A DNA stretch of 64,000 nucleotides. It comes from Myxococcota bacterium (GTDB lineage Bacteria > Myxococcota_A > UBA9160 > SZUA-336). The stretch lies in the NCBI GenBank assembly GCA_044450765.1, contig JBIOJK010000002.1, positions 4,281-68,280 on the forward strand, given 5' to 3'. Below, in pieces: positions 47,345 to 59,331 of this stretch. Under the pieces are notes generated by a model. That model was not told the DNA's origin. It did no database searches and worked only from the letters and a program-made list of their open reading frames with translations. The translations under genes were made by a program, and so were the position numbers. Position 1 is the stretch's first letter; each line of letters opens with the position of its first letter.

Positions 47345-50300
47345 ATGGCTGAGACCCCGCAGCACCACATCCGCGAGACGTCGACCCTGCGGTTCGCGCG
47401 CTTCGTCACCCGCAACCGCCTGCCGATCGCGCTGCTCCTCGCATCGACCACGCTCTTCTTCCTGTACCCGATCGTGAACGCGGTCTTCTACGCGACCGGG
47501 CACAAGCTGCCGGGCCCGATCGTGCGCGTGAACACCTCGGCGCGCGCCCAGTACCCGGACCACCCGTTCATCAACGCGCAGGACAAGTTCGCGAACATCT
47601 TCGGCACCTCGTCGCTGGTCGCGATCGCGGTGGTGGTGAAGGACGGGAACATCTTCACCCCGGAGATCCTCGACAAGATCAACCGGGTCACGAACGCGCT
47701 CGACGGCCAGAACTACGACCCGCACACCGAGCAGCGCGACGCGCTGCGCAAACAGCTCGAGGCGGAGGGCCAGCTCTCGCACGACGCGATCGTCACCGAG
47801 CTCGACCGGCATTTCCCGCCGTACCCGGTGAACCACGACCAGGTCGCCTCGGTCGCGCACGGCAACACGCGCGTGACTCAGATCCAACCGGACGGCTCGA
47901 TCGAGTCTACCGTGCTCATGGAGGAGGTCCCGGAGGACCAGAAGGGCGCCGACAAGATCCGCGAGATCGTGCGCCAAAACCCGCCGCTGATCTACGGCCG
48001 GCTCGTGTCACTCGACGAGAAGGCCGCCCTGATCACCGCCGGCTTCGTGACCGACCGCATGAATCAGCGCGAGATCTACGCGGCCGTCTTCGACTACGTG
48101 CAGGCCATCAAGGAGAAGGAAGACGACGCGAACGTCACCCTGTACATCTCGGGTCTGCCGATCGGCGTCGGCTGGATCCAGCGCCACGCGAAGGAAATCG
48201 GCCTGTACACGCTGGGCACCGTGATCATGGTCTTCCTGCTCTTGCTCGCGTACTTCCGGCGCCTGCACGGCGTGTTGATCCCGTTCATCGCCGCCATCAT
48301 CACCGTCATCTGGGGGCTCGGCTTCACCGGCTGGACTCACATCGCCTTCGATCCCCTGGTGCTCGTCATACCCATGATCATCACTGCGCGCGCCGTCTCG
48401 CACACCGTGCAGATGGCGGAGCGCTTCTTCGAGGACTACGAGCTCCTGCTGCCGCGCTACAAGGACGCGAACGTCGCCAAGGTCGAAGCGGCGACGGTCG
48501 CGATGGCGGAGGTCCTCGTACCGGGCACGCTCGGGATCCTGGTCGATGTCGGCGGCCTGCTCGTGATCCTGGTGACTTCGATCCCGCAGATGCGCGATCT
48601 CGCGATCTTCGGCGCGTTCTGGGTCACCTCCATCCTCGCGACGGTCGAGCTCCTGCACCCGATCATGATCTGCTACCTGCCCGCGCCGCACGAGAGCGAG
48701 CACTTCCTGCCGAAGTCGATGATCGCGTTCACGCGCTTCGTCGGGAACGCGACGACTCACCCGACCTGGAAGTGGGTCATCGCGGCGGGGACCCTGATCA
48801 TCTTCTCGACCTCGGTGTACATCACGCTGTTCCACTCGAAGATCGGAGAGGCGAGCCCGGGCACCTCGCTGCTCTGGCCGAATCACCCGTTCAACATCGC
48901 CACCGCCGAGATCGCGCACCGCTTCGGCGGCGTCGACTCGTTCGTGGTCTACCTGTCGGGCGATCGCGACAACGCCAGCACCGACTCGGAGCCCATCCGC
49001 AAGATGGAGGACTTCGGCCGCCATATGTCCCTGCACGAGCCGAAGCCGGGTGCGACCATCTCGCTCGTCCCCTTCCTGCGCGGCACGTGGCAGCAGCTCC
49101 ACTACGGCGATCCGAAGTGGCAGTACATTCCCGACGCGCCGGGCTCGGTGCGCACCATGATCTTCCAGCTGCAGACCAACGGGCCGCCGGGCTTCCTGCG
49201 GCCGTTCATGACCGACAACGGGCGCGACGCGAACATCCAGTTCTTCTATCCCGACCACAAGGGCGAGACGATCACTCACGCCGTCGAGGCCGCGCAGGAG
49301 TTCGTGGACGAGAACCCGATCGGCGACGTGATCATCCGGCTCGACAAGAACAAGGCGCCGAAGGGAGCGCCGTTCTACAACCCCCAGAAGCTGCTCGACA
49401 CCTGGTACTACATGATCGGGCCGATGCTTCCGACCCGCGCGCACACGCTCACCGTGCGCGAGAAGGACGCGGACGGGAAGTACGAGTCGCTCCCGATCAA
49501 CCAGGACGCGAAGCCACCCTGGCTCGAGGACTTCCGCAAGGCCGCGATCGCGGACTACGACGCGACCAAGGCCAACGTGAAGGAGGGCGACATCTTCACC
49601 TGGCCCACGAAGCTCGGCAGCTGGACGGACAAGGACGTCGAGGCCTGGTGGGAGAGCCCCGAGAAGGGCGTGCGCGCGGTCGCGGTCGACACCGACAAGC
49701 TGATCGTCGAGGACCTGAAAGTGATCGCCAAGCGGGGCCAGGGCGGCGTGGTGAAGCCGGGCGGCCTGTCGGGCCCCAAGTATCAGCCGACCAAGTCGTG
49801 GACGCGCGGCGTCCAGTTCGTGATGGCCGGCGGAGCGCTGGGCACGCTGGCGGCGATCAACGAAGAAGTCGAGCGCAGTCACGTAGCGACGATTTCGCTG
49901 ATCTTCTTCGTGATCTTCGTTCTGCACTCGATCACGTACCAGTCGATGGCGAGCGGCGGGATCATCTTCCTGCAGATCGCGACGGCCACCATGCTCTCGC
50001 TCGCGTACATGGCGATCCGCGGCATCGGGCTGAACATCAACACGCTGCCGGTGCAGGCGGTCGGGGTCGGGATCGGCGTCGACTACGCGATCTACATCGT
50101 CGACCGCATCCGGCAGGAGGTCGCGGAGACGGCGGACATCGACGAGGCGATCCGGCGCGCGATCCGCACGACTGGAATGGCGGTGACGTTCACGGCGACC
50201 ACGGTGGTCGGCGGGATCGTCCTGTGGACCTTCTCGAACCTGCGCTTCCAGGCCGAGATGGCCTACCTGCTCGTGATCCTCATGATCATCAACATGCTGG

Positions 50301-50434
50301 GCGCGATCACGGTCGTGCCGACCTTCTACTCGATCCTGCGGCCGAGTGTCGCGACGGCGCTGCTCACGGACGAGCAGCGCGAGGCGATGCGCGTCCAGAA
50401 GGAGCTGGAGCACAAGAAGGGCATGGTTGCCTGA
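47345..50434 (+). CDS. MMPL/RND-superfamily transporter (two SSD-like TM bundles, large periplasmic domains)
   Basis: 1029 aa with the 12-TM RND/MMPL topology pattern. ATG 47345 follows CAGGAGAGAGG. Upstream in-frame codons have low third-position GC. Confidence 0.8.
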   Translation: MAETPQHHIRETSTLRFARFVTRNRLPIALLLASTTLFFLYPIVNAVFYATGHKLPGPIVRVNTSARAQYPDHPFINAQDKFANIFGTSSLVAIAVVVKDGNIFTPEILDKINRVTNALDGQNYDPHTEQRDALRKQLEAEGQLSHDAIVTELDRHFPPYPVNHDQVASVAHGNTRVTQIQPDGSIESTVLMEEVPEDQKGADKIREIVRQNPPLIYGRLVSLDEKAALITAGFVTDRMNQREIYAAVFDYVQAIKEKEDDANVTLYISGLPIGVGWIQRHAKEIGLYTLGTVIMVFLLLLAYFRRLHGVLIPFIAAIITVIWGLGFTGWTHIAFDPLVLVIPMIITARAVSHTVQMAERFFEDYELLLPRYKDANVAKVEAATVAMAEVLVPGTLGILVDVGGLLVILVTSIPQMRDLAIFGAFWVTSILATVELLHPIMICYLPAPHESEHFLPKSMIAFTRFVGNATTHPTWKWVIAAGTLIIFSTSVYITLFHSKIGEASPGTSLLWPNHPFNIATAEIAHRFGGVDSFVVYLSGDRDNASTDSEPIRKMEDFGRHMSLHEPKPGATISLVPFLRGTWQQLHYGDPKWQYIPDAPGSVRTMIFQLQTNGPPGFLRPFMTDNGRDANIQFFYPDHKGETITHAVEAAQEFVDENPIGDVIIRLDKNKAPKGAPFYNPQKLLDTWYYMIGPMLPTRAHTLTVREKDADGKYESLPINQDAKPPWLEDFRKAAIADYDATKANVKEGDIFTWPTKLGSWTDKDVEAWWESPEKGVRAVAVDTDKLIVEDLKVIAKRGQGGVVKPGGLSGPKYQPTKSWTRGVQFVMAGGALGTLAAINEEVERSHVATISLIFFVIFVLHSITYQSMASGGIIFLQIATATMLSLAYMAIRGIGLNINTLPVQAVGVGIGVDYAIYIVDRIRQEVAETADIDEAIRRAIRTTGMAVTFTATTVVGGIVLWTFSNLRFQAEMAYLLVILMIINMLGAITVVPTFYSILRPSVATALLTDEQREAMRVQKELEHKKGMVA

Positions 50435-50441
50435 GGCGCCC

Positions 50442-50555
50442 CTACGAGCTGTACGAGATCGCGATCAGGAACATCAGGATCAGGTAAGAGGCGACGAGCA
50501 GGAGGTTGCGGGCGAGATCGCTCTGTGACTCTGGCTTGGGTTCGGCGGCTTCCAT
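50442..50555 (-). CDS. Candidate 37-aa single-TM microprotein
   Basis: ATG preceded by AAGGA at about 7 nt. Sequence MEAAEPKPESQSDLARNLLLVASYLILMFLIAISYSS. Lies at the 3' end of the ftsZ-hydrolase transcription unit. Confidence 0.35.
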   Translation of the reverse strand: MEAAEPKPESQSDLARNLLLVASYLILMFLIAISYSS

Positions 50556-50611
50556 TTGCTGATCCTTCGGAAGAGTTCGGCGCCGGCTATAGGGCGCGCC
50601 GACCGCATCCG

Positions 50612-51646
50612 CTAGTTGCGCAAGAGTGAGTCGAGGTGATCCGCACCACGGGCCACGGTCCACCAGAAAAAGGGGAAGACCGTGTAGTGGCCGCAGGGGA
50701 GCTTGTACCAGCGGGGCTCGCCGAGGGCTTGCCATAGCTCTTGCGCGTGAACGGAGGGGATCACGGTGTCGAACCGGCCCGAGGCGATCAGCAACTTGCG
50801 CGCGTCGAGATACCCCGCGTAGGTCAGCGGGTCGACCGGCTCGGTGAGCGGCCTCACGCCTTCGAGCCACTGCTCGCGCGTCGTCCAGCCGCGCGCCGCC
50901 ATCAGCCGGTCGCGGAAGTCGCGCACGGGAGTCTCGCTGGACTCGTAGAGGATCTGCGCGACGTTCCCGCCCGTCATCAGGTAGAAGCCGCCGCGGATCC
51001 GCGGGTCGCAAGCCGTGAGCAAGAGCGCCTGGATCGAGCCCACGGACACCCCGGCCGCGGCGATCCGCGTCGGATCGATCTTGGGATGAGTCACCAGCCA
51101 GTCGAGCAGCCGCCGGGCGTCGATCACGCCCGCGCGCAGCCGCTCCTGCACGACGTCCGCGTTGTTCTGGTGGAACAGGTCGAGCGGGCGCCGTTCCAGC
51201 CGCGCCACCGCGTAGCCACGGTTCACGAGCGCCTTGGCCATGCCCTCCGACACGTCCAGCGGGCCGTCCAGGATCTCGAACGCCACGACCGCCGGGTGCG
51301 GCCCGTCGCCGGGCGGAATCAGCAGATGCCCGATCCGCGCCTCGCCCGCTTCGTCGGTGAGCAGCAGGCGGAACGCCTTGTAGTCGCTCGAGTGGAACAG
51401 CGTGTACAGGTCGAGCACCCAGCTCTGCTCCACGGTCAGGCCCTCGGGCTGGATGTGCACGGTCGCCGGGTCGAGCGGCTTGTAGTCGAAGAAGCGCAGC
51501 GGCGCGAGTGACCGGCCGGGCGTCGCATCGCTCGGCGGCTCGGGCGGGCCCGAGATCGACGTGCAGCTCAACGCGGCGGCAAGCAACAGGAGCGGCGCGA
51601 GGAAGCGCGCCGAAGCGCGTCCCACGCGCCGCTCCCGAGCAGGCAA
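50612..51646 (-). CDS. Alpha/beta-hydrolase lipoprotein (dienelactone hydrolase / S9-like)
   Basis: Lipobox AALSC. Nucleophile elbow GVSVGS, with later Asp (GRFDTV) and His (CGHYT). Starts 7 nt after the ftsZ stop. Confidence 0.75.
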   Translation of the reverse strand: MPARERRVGRASARFLAPLLLLAAALSCTSISGPPEPPSDATPGRSLAPLRFFDYKPLDPATVHIQPEGLTVEQSWVLDLYTLFHSSDYKAFRLLLTDEAGEARIGHLLIPPGDGPHPAVVAFEILDGPLDVSEGMAKALVNRGYAVARLERRPLDLFHQNNADVVQERLRAGVIDARRLLDWLVTHPKIDPTRIAAAGVSVGSIQALLLTACDPRIRGGFYLMTGGNVAQILYESSETPVRDFRDRLMAARGWTTREQWLEGVRPLTEPVDPLTYAGYLDARKLLIASGRFDTVIPSVHAQELWQALGEPRWYKLPCGHYTVFPFFWWTVARGADHLDSLLRN

Positions 51647-51653
51647 CTCCGCG

Positions 51654-52826
51654 CTAGTCCGCTTCGCGCGATCGGCGGATGAAGGCCGGGACGTCGTACT
51701 CCTCCTCGAAGGGTGAGACGAAGTCGTCCGTGCCGTTCATCTCGAGCTTCGCGCGCGGTGCCTCCCCGTGCGTCGCCTCGGTCAGACTCTCGGGCGAGGC
51801 CGACTCGCGCAGCGGCAGCCGCAGCGGGTGCACGTTGTCGAAGCCCTCCGTGATCGCGGCCTTGCGCCGGGTGCGCGAGACGTCGGAGAGACCCGTGGCG
51901 ATCACCGTCACCCGGATCTCGTCGTGCAGGTTCTCCTGTACGACGGAGCCGAAGATGATGTTCGCCTCTTCGTGCGCCTCTTCGTGGATCAGACTCACCG
52001 CCTCGTTCGCCTCGTGCAGCTTCATGTCGGGGCCGCCGGTGATGTTCACCAGCACGCCGCGCGCGCCCTTGATCGACAGCTCCTCGAGTAGCGGGTTCGA
52101 GATCGCGGCTTGGGCGGCGCGGATCGCACGGTCCTCGCCGGTCGCGCGCCCGGTGCCCATCAGCGCCATGCCCATCTCGCTCATGATCGTGCGCACGTCC
52201 GCGAAGTCGAGATTGATGATGCCGTGCACCGTGATCAGGTCCGAGATGCCCTGCACCGCGTTCAGGAGCACGTCGTCCGCGATGCGGAACGCTTCCGTCA
52301 TCGTGGTGTCGCGCCCCGCCATCTGCAGCAGCCGGTCGTTCGGAATCGTGATCAGCGTGTCGACCACGTCGTGCAGCGAGTCGATGCCCTGTTCGGCTTG
52401 GCGCTTGCGCACCGCGCCTTCGAACAGGAACGGCTTCGTCACCACCGCAACCGTGAGGGCGCCGAGCTCCTTCGCGACCTCGGCCACGATCGGCGCGCCG
52501 CCGGTGCCGGTTCCGCCGCCGAGACCCGCAGTCACGAACACCATGTCCGCGCCCGCGAGCACGTCGCGCAGCCGGTCGCGCGAGCTCTCCGCGGAGCTGC
52601 GCCCCACTCTCGGATCGGCCCCTGCACCGAGGCCGCGTTCGCCGAGGTGAATCTTCGCCGCAGCCAAGTTCTCGGACAGCGCCTGCGCGTCCGTGTTGGT
52701 CGCCACGAAGTCGACGCCGGAGAGACCGGCGCGAATCATCGTGTTGACCGCGTTTCCACCACCGCCCCCGACGCCGACCACCTTGATCCGCGCGCGAAGG
52801 TCCGTCGCCTGCTCGAACTCGATCAT
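51654..52826 (-). CDS. ftsZ: Cell division protein FtsZ
   Basis: [11 protein letters not shown] and [12 protein letters not shown] tubulin signature. C-terminal DVPAFIRR peptide. Confidence 0.98.
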   Translation of the reverse strand: MIEFEQATDLRARIKVVGVGGGGGNAVNTMIRAGLSGVDFVATNTDAQALSENLAAAKIHLGERGLGAGADPRVGRSSAESSRDRLRDVLAGADMVFVTAGLGGGTGTGGAPIVAEVAKELGALTVAVVTKPFLFEGAVRKRQAEQGIDSLHDVVDTLITIPNDRLLQMAGRDTTMTEAFRIADDVLLNAVQGISDLITVHGIINLDFADVRTIMSEMGMALMGTGRATGEDRAIRAAQAAISNPLLEELSIKGARGVLVNITGGPDMKLHEANEAVSLIHEEAHEEANIIFGSVVQENLHDEIRVTVIATGLSDVSRTRRKAAITEGFDNVHPLRLPLRESASPESLTEATHGEAPRAKLEMNGTDDFVSPFEEEYDVPAFIRRSREAD

Positions 52827-52900
52827 CTCATCCCCCCATGAACCGAACCGGTCTCACTGTAACTCGCTTTCGCGCGCCGCAGTACCCGGTGCGAGAATTT

Positions 52901-54130
52901 TTAGCGCATCTCTCCGTAGAACCACTCGCGCATGCGGGTGCGCACCTTGCGGAACGACGACCCGTCGTAGACTCGGAAGCGAGGCTTGCCCGCGCGCTTC
53001 GACCCCCAGAGGGCGAGACCGACCGCGGTCGCGAACTCCGGCCCCTGCACGCGGTCGACGAGGCCCCCGATCCCCCGTGGTGTACCCCTGCGCACCGGCA
53101 GCTCGAAGATCTCCTCCGCCAGCTCGGGCAGACCCTCGAGGCCGCTGGTGCCGCCGGTCACGACGATTCCCGAGGGAATCTTGTCGAGGTGACCCGCGCG
53201 CGCGAGCTCCTCCCGGACGAGCGACAGAATCTCCTCGACTCGCGGCTCGAGAAACTCGGAGAGCATCTTGCGCGACACCTCGCGCGGCGCGCGGCCCCCG
53301 ACGCTGGGCACGGTCAACAGCTCCTCGCGCGGCAGGTAGCGCGCCGCGGCGCAGCCGAAGCGCCGCTTGATCCGCTCGGCTTGGTCGAACGGCGTGCGCA
53401 GGCCGACGGCGGCGTCGTTGGTCAGGTGATAGCCGCCCAGCGACAACACCGCGGTGTGTTTGATCGACCCATCGCTGAAGACCGCGACGTCCGTGGTGCC
53501 GCCGCCGAGATCGATCAGCGCGACGCCCAGCTCCTTTTCGTCCGGCGCGAGCACGGCCTCGGCCGAAGCGAGCGGCTCGAGCACGATGTCGATCACGTTC
53601 AAGCCCGCCTTGTTGGCCGACTTGATCACGTTCTGCGCCGAAGTCACCGCGGCGGTCACGATGTGCACGCGCGCGATCAGGCGCACCCCCGACATGCCGA
53701 CCGGCTGTTTGATACCGTCCTGGCCGTCGAGCTCGTACTCCTGCGGAATGACGTGAATCACTTCGCGGTCCGCGGGAATCGCGATCGCCTGTGCCTGCTC
53801 GATGACCCGCTTCAGGTCGCCCGGCTGCACCTCGCGGTTCTTGATCGCGATCATGCCGATCTCGTTGTGCGCCTGGATGTGCCCGCCGGCGATGCCCGCG
53901 TACACCGAGCTGATCTCGCAGCCGGCCATCATCTCGGCCTCGTCGACGGCCTTGCGGATCGAGTCGACCGTCGCCTCGATGTCGACCACCACGCCCTTGC
54001 GCAGACCGCGCGACGGGTGCGTGCCGATGCCAATCACTTCGATCGTGTCACCGCTCGGCTCTGCGACGACCGCGCAGATCTTCGTCGTCCCGACATCGAG
54101 CCCGACGATCAGCTCATCGTGTTTCGCCAT
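52901..54130 (-). CDS. ftsA: Cell division protein FtsA
   Basis: Actin-fold motifs VGLDVGTTK, DLGGGTTD and VVTGGTS. Confidence 0.97.
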   Translation of the reverse strand: MAKHDELIVGLDVGTTKICAVVAEPSGDTIEVIGIGTHPSRGLRKGVVVDIEATVDSIRKAVDEAEMMAGCEISSVYAGIAGGHIQAHNEIGMIAIKNREVQPGDLKRVIEQAQAIAIPADREVIHVIPQEYELDGQDGIKQPVGMSGVRLIARVHIVTAAVTSAQNVIKSANKAGLNVIDIVLEPLASAEAVLAPDEKELGVALIDLGGGTTDVAVFSDGSIKHTAVLSLGGYHLTNDAAVGLRTPFDQAERIKRRFGCAAARYLPREELLTVPSVGGRAPREVSRKMLSEFLEPRVEEILSLVREELARAGHLDKIPSGIVVTGGTSGLEGLPELAEEIFELPVRRGTPRGIGGLVDRVQGPEFATAVGLALWGSKRAGKPRFRVYDGSSFRKVRTRMREWFYGEMR

Positions 54131-54865
54131 GGTCCCCCCCTGCCGGTGACTTGCGCAGATCGCGCAGCACCGGATTGCTCTTGAAGCGCAGGTCGACTTC
54201 TTGTGCGCCCGTGCTCTCGACGACGTCCGAGTCGGAGAGCGCGCGCCAATCGGCGAACGAGGTGTGCGCGTCGCTGCCGACGACGAGCCGCACGGTGCGC
54301 CCGAGCGTGCGCACGCGGATCTCGCCGGGGTGCGTCGCGTCGACGCTCGCCACGTTCACGCCCAGCTCGCGCGCGGCCGCGAGCACCGGGAGCCCGAGGC
54401 GCGCCTCGCCGGAGAGCTGCGGCAGCCGCTCGGCCTCGCCGGGCAGCGGCGGAAAGTGCGCGCCGCTGGCGTCCAGCGCGAGGCCGCTCGCTGCCTCGAC
54501 GGCGACCGGCGTGCGCTCGGAGATCGAGATCACCAGCCGGTCGGGTGGAATCCGCGCCGCGCGCGCCCGCGCGATGCGCGGGTGCTTGGCGATCGCGAGC
54601 GCCGCCCGCTGCGGATCGACGTCGACCAGCGGCGTGTTCGCCGCGACCCCGGCGAGCTGCCAGAGTGACTCGCGGTCGAGCGAGCGCACGCCGAGGAAGT
54701 CGACGTGGTGCAGGCGGAACAGGTCGCCGCGCGCCAGGCCCGAGAACGCGCGCAGCTCGAGGTAGCCGTGATGCTGCGCCCAGAGCGCCGCGAAGCCGAG
54801 CGCCAGCAACGCGAGCGCGCGCTTCACGCCGCGGGGCAGAGTGGCGCCGTCGAGTCTGCGCGCGG

Positions 54866-54869
<4 letters not shown>
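54114..54869 (-). CDS. ftsQ: Cell division protein FtsQ
   Basis: N-terminal TM followed by a POTRA-like domain. Position between murB and ftsA. GTG start overlaps the murB stop. Confidence 0.85.
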
Positions 54870-55772
<903 letters not shown>

Positions 55773-55783
<11 letters not shown>

Positions 55784-57155
55784 GGCCCCCTCCGTCCGGC
55801 GCCAGAAACTCCCCCGCCAGCCGGCCGATGTCTCCGGCGCCCATGAAGAACACGAGATCTCCCGGGCGCGCGAGCTCGCGCAGGCGCGGCACGATCGCGG
55901 ACTTCTCCGGCACGAACTCGACTGCGCGGTGGCCGCAGGCTCGCACCGCCTCGGCGAGTGACTCGGCCGAGACGCCCGGGATCTTGTCCTCGCCCGCGGC
56001 GTAGATCTCGGTGAGCACGAGCACGTCGGCGTCGTGAAAGGCGCGCGCGAGCTCATCGAAGACGTCGCGCGTGCGCGTGTAGCGGTGCGGCTGATAGGCG
56101 ACGACGATGCGCCGGCCGAGGCCCTCGCGCGCCGCCGCGAGCGCCGCGCGCACCTTGGCGGGGTGGTGCGAGTAGTCGTCGATCACGGTGATCCCGTCGC
56201 GCTCGCCGCGGATCTCGAAGCGGCGCTCGACGCCGCGGAACTCGGCGAGCGCCTCCGCGATGCGCGGTGCCGGCACGTCGAACTCGAGCCCGACCGCGAG
56301 CGCAGCCAGCGCGTTCTGCACGTTGTGCCGGCCGGGCACGCGCAGCGAGAATGCGCCCAGAGACTTGTTCTTGGCGCGCACCGCGAAGCGCATGCCGAGG
56401 CCCGCCGCTTCGACGCGTTCGGCGGCGACGTCGGCTTGCGGCGAGAGCCCGTAGGTCCAGATCCGCCGAGTGACTTGCGGCAGCAGCGTCTGCACGTGCG
56501 GATCGTCGATGCAGAGCACCGCTGCGCCGTAGAAGGGCACGCGATTCGCGAACTCGACGAAGGCGGCGTGGAGCGCCTCGAAGCTGCCGTAGTGATCGAG
56601 GTGGTCCCGGTCGATGTTCGTGATCACGACTACGGTCGGCACCAGGCGCAGGAACGAGCCGTCGCTCTCGTCCGCCTCCGCGACCAGTAGCTCGCCCGCG
56701 CCCAGCCGCGAGTTCGCGCCCAGACTGATCACGCGCCCGCCGACGATCGTGGTCGGGTCGAGGCCGCCGGCGGCGAGCACCTCGGCGGTCATCGATGTGG
56801 TCGTGGTCTTGCCCGCGGAGCCGCCGATCGCGATCCCGAACTTCATGCGCATCAGCTCGGCGAGCATTTCGGCGCGCGCGATCACCGGGATGCCCGCCGC
56901 CTCGGCCGCGCGCAGCTCGGGATTCGAGCGAGACACCGCCGACGAGAACACCACTACGTCCGCGCCAGCGATCGCGCCCGCGTCGTGGCCGATCGAGATG
57001 CGGATGCCGAGCTCGCGCATGCGCCGGGTCGCGGCGCTCTCGCGCAGATCGGAGCCGGACACGGAGTAGCCCTGCACGTGCAGGATCTCGGCGATCCCCG
57101 ACATGCCGACGCCGCCGATGCCGACGAAGTGCACGCGCTGCACACGCCTTCTCAT
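55773..57155 (-). CDS. murC: UDP-N-acetylmuramate--L-alanine ligase
   Basis: VHFVGIGGVGMSGIAE and GSAGKTTTT. Confidence 0.96.
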
Positions 57156-58231
57156 TTCTGTGGCCCTCGAGCAAGTAGCTCCTCGCACAGCCGCCAGATG
57201 TCGCGCGCGGCGTCCGGCCGCGCGCGGCGCAGAGCCGCCTCGGCCATGCGCGCGCGGCGCGCGGGGTCGCAGAGCAGTGACACGACCTCGTCGCCGAGCG
57301 CCGCGCCGGCGTCCGCGTCGGCGACGACCGCGCAGGCGCCGGCGCGCTCGAGCTCGCGCGCGTTCGCCATCTGGTGGTCGTCTGCGGCGAACGGGTAGGG
57401 CACCAGCACCGAGGCGACGCCGGCGACGCAGATCTCGGCGACGGTTCCGCCCGAGCGCGCGACCACGAGATCTGCGCGTGCCATCCGCTCCGGCAGATCG
57501 TCGAAAAATGCCGCGACGTCGGCGCGCACGCGCGCCGCGGCGTACGCCGCGCGCGTCTCGTCGAGCCCGGCCGCGCCCGTCTGATGGGTGATCTCGAGGC
57601 GCGGAAGCTCGGCCAGGCGGGGCAGAGCGGCGCAGATCGCGCGGTTGATCGAGCGCGCACCCTGACTCGCGCCCGTGATCAGGAGCCGGGTGACTCCGTC
57701 CTCGCCGCGCGGCGCCGCCCGCGGCAGCGCGCGCACCGGGCGGCCCGTCAGCACCGCGCGGCCGGCCGGGAAGAACGCGATCGCGTCCTCGAACGCGACG
57801 AACACGCGGCGCGCGAAGCGGCCGAGCAGCCGATTCGCCCGGCCCGGGCGAGCGTTCGGCTCGAGCAGCGCGGTCGGGATTCCGAGAGTCACTGCCGCCG
57901 CCACCGCGCCGACCGACGCGTAGCCGCCGACTCCGATCACCAGGTCTGCGCGCTCCGCGCGGAGCTGCGCGCGCGCAACGCGAATCCCGCGCAGGCCCGT
58001 CAGCACGCCGGCCATGCCGCGCAGAACTCCGCGGCCAGTCACTTGCGCGCTCGGCACCAGATCGAGCGGGTAACCCGCGGCGGGCACGTACTTCGTCTCG
58101 AGACCGCGCGCGGTGCCGACGAAGCGCACGGTCGCGCCGGGGTCCGCTTTGCGGATCGCGTCGGCGAGCGCGAGCGCGGGGAAGATGTGACCGCCGGTGC
58201 CGCCCCCCGCGAGCACGATTGCTAGCGCCAT
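57152..58231 (-). CDS. murG: UDP-N-acetylglucosamine--N-acetylmuramyl-(pentapeptide) pyrophosphoryl-undecaprenol GlcNAc transferase
   Basis: LAGGGTGGHIFPALA motif. Confidence 0.96.
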   Translation of the reverse strand: MALAIVLAGGGTGGHIFPALALADAIRKADPGATVRFVGTARGLETKYVPAAGYPLDLVPSAQVTGRGVLRGMAGVLTGLRGIRVARAQLRAERADLVIGVGGYASVGAVAAAVTLGIPTALLEPNARPGRANRLLGRFARRVFVAFEDAIAFFPAGRAVLTGRPVRALPRAAPRGEDGVTRLLITGASQGARSINRAICAALPRLAELPRLEITHQTGAAGLDETRAAYAAARVRADVAAFFDDLPERMARADLVVARSGGTVAEICVAGVASVLVPYPFAADDHQMANARELERAGACAVVADADAGAALGDEVVSLLCDPARRARMAEAALRRARPDAARDIWRLCEELLARGPQK

Positions 58232-59331
58232 CCCGCCCTCCCGCGCTTGCTCGGCCGCGCCGCGTTTGCGATCAGCCCGAGCGACGCCAGGCTGGCGATC
58301 AGCGAGGTCCCGCCGTAGGACAGCAGCGGCAAGGTGCTGCCCTTGGTCGGCAGCACGCCCATCGCGACCCCCGCGTTCAGCATGGCCTGGAGCCAGAGAG
58401 TGAGTCCCGCTCCCAGGGTGACCAGGGTCGCGAACGGCGACTTGGCGCGCTGCGCGATGCCGAGCGACGACAGAGCGAGGACCGCGAAGCCCACCAGCAC
58501 GAGGCCGACGCCGAAGAGTCCGACCTCCTCACCGACGACGGAGAGGATGAAGTCGTTGTGCGCCTCGGGCAGGAAGAACAGCTTCTGCTGGCCCGCGCCG
58601 AAGCCGACGCCGAACAGGCCGCCCGCGCCGAAGGCGAGCTGTGACTGCACGAGCTGATAGCCGTGCCCGCGCGGGTCCGCCCAGGGATCGAGGAACGCGA
58701 GCAGGCGCTGCACGCGGTAGTCGCGCACCAGCATCGCCGCAGCGGCGAGCGGCAGAGTGAGTGCGCCGGTCAGCGCCAGGTGGTCGAGGCGCGCGCCGGC
58801 CGCGAAGACCAGCACCGCGGCGAACATCGCGATCAGCATTGCGCCCCCGAAGTCCGGCTGACGCAACAGCAGCAGAATAGGAATTCCCGCCAGCAGCCCG
58901 GGCACGAGCACACTGACTCGGTAGTCGCCCATGCGGTCCTGCCGCGAGGCGAGCCACTGCGCGAGGCCGAACAATACGCCGAGCTTCGCCGGCTCGAGCG
59001 GCTGGAACGCGATCGGCCCGAGCGAGATCCAGCGCTGGGCGCCGCCGCCCGCGATGCCCAGGGGGGTGAAGGTCGCCGCGAGCGCCAGCACCGCGGCGGC
59101 CCACGCGGCCAGCCCGACCTTCTCGAGCCAGGCGAGCGGAGCGAAGAAGCACGCGGCCGCGATTGCGAGACCCAGGCCGAGCGCCAGTGACTGCCGCCCG
59201 AGATACGCGAGCGAGGTTCCGAACACGACCTCGGAGCGGGCCGCGCTCGCGCTGTAGACCATGACCAGTCCGAAGCCGACGAGCAGCACTCCGGCCACCG
59301 CGAGCTGCGAGGTGCCGAAGCGATTCAGCAT
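58222..59331 (-). CDS. ftsW: Lipid II flippase / peptidoglycan glycosyltransferase FtsW (SEDS family)
   Basis: 10-TM SEDS pattern with PEAHNDF and LPLLSYGGTS. ATG 59331 chosen. Confidence 0.93.
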   Translation of the reverse strand: MLNRFGTSQLAVAGVLLVGFGLVMVYSASAARSEVVFGTSLAYLGRQSLALGLGLAIAAACFFAPLAWLEKVGLAAWAAAVLALAATFTPLGIAGGGAQRWISLGPIAFQPLEPAKLGVLFGLAQWLASRQDRMGDYRVSVLVPGLLAGIPILLLLRQPDFGGAMLIAMFAAVLVFAAGARLDHLALTGALTLPLAAAAMLVRDYRVQRLLAFLDPWADPRGHGYQLVQSQLAFGAGGLFGVGFGAGQQKLFFLPEAHNDFILSVVGEEVGLFGVGLVLVGFAVLALSSLGIAQRAKSPFATLVTLGAGLTLWLQAMLNAGVAMGVLPTKGSTLPLLSYGGTSLIASLASLGLIANAARPSKRGRAGWR

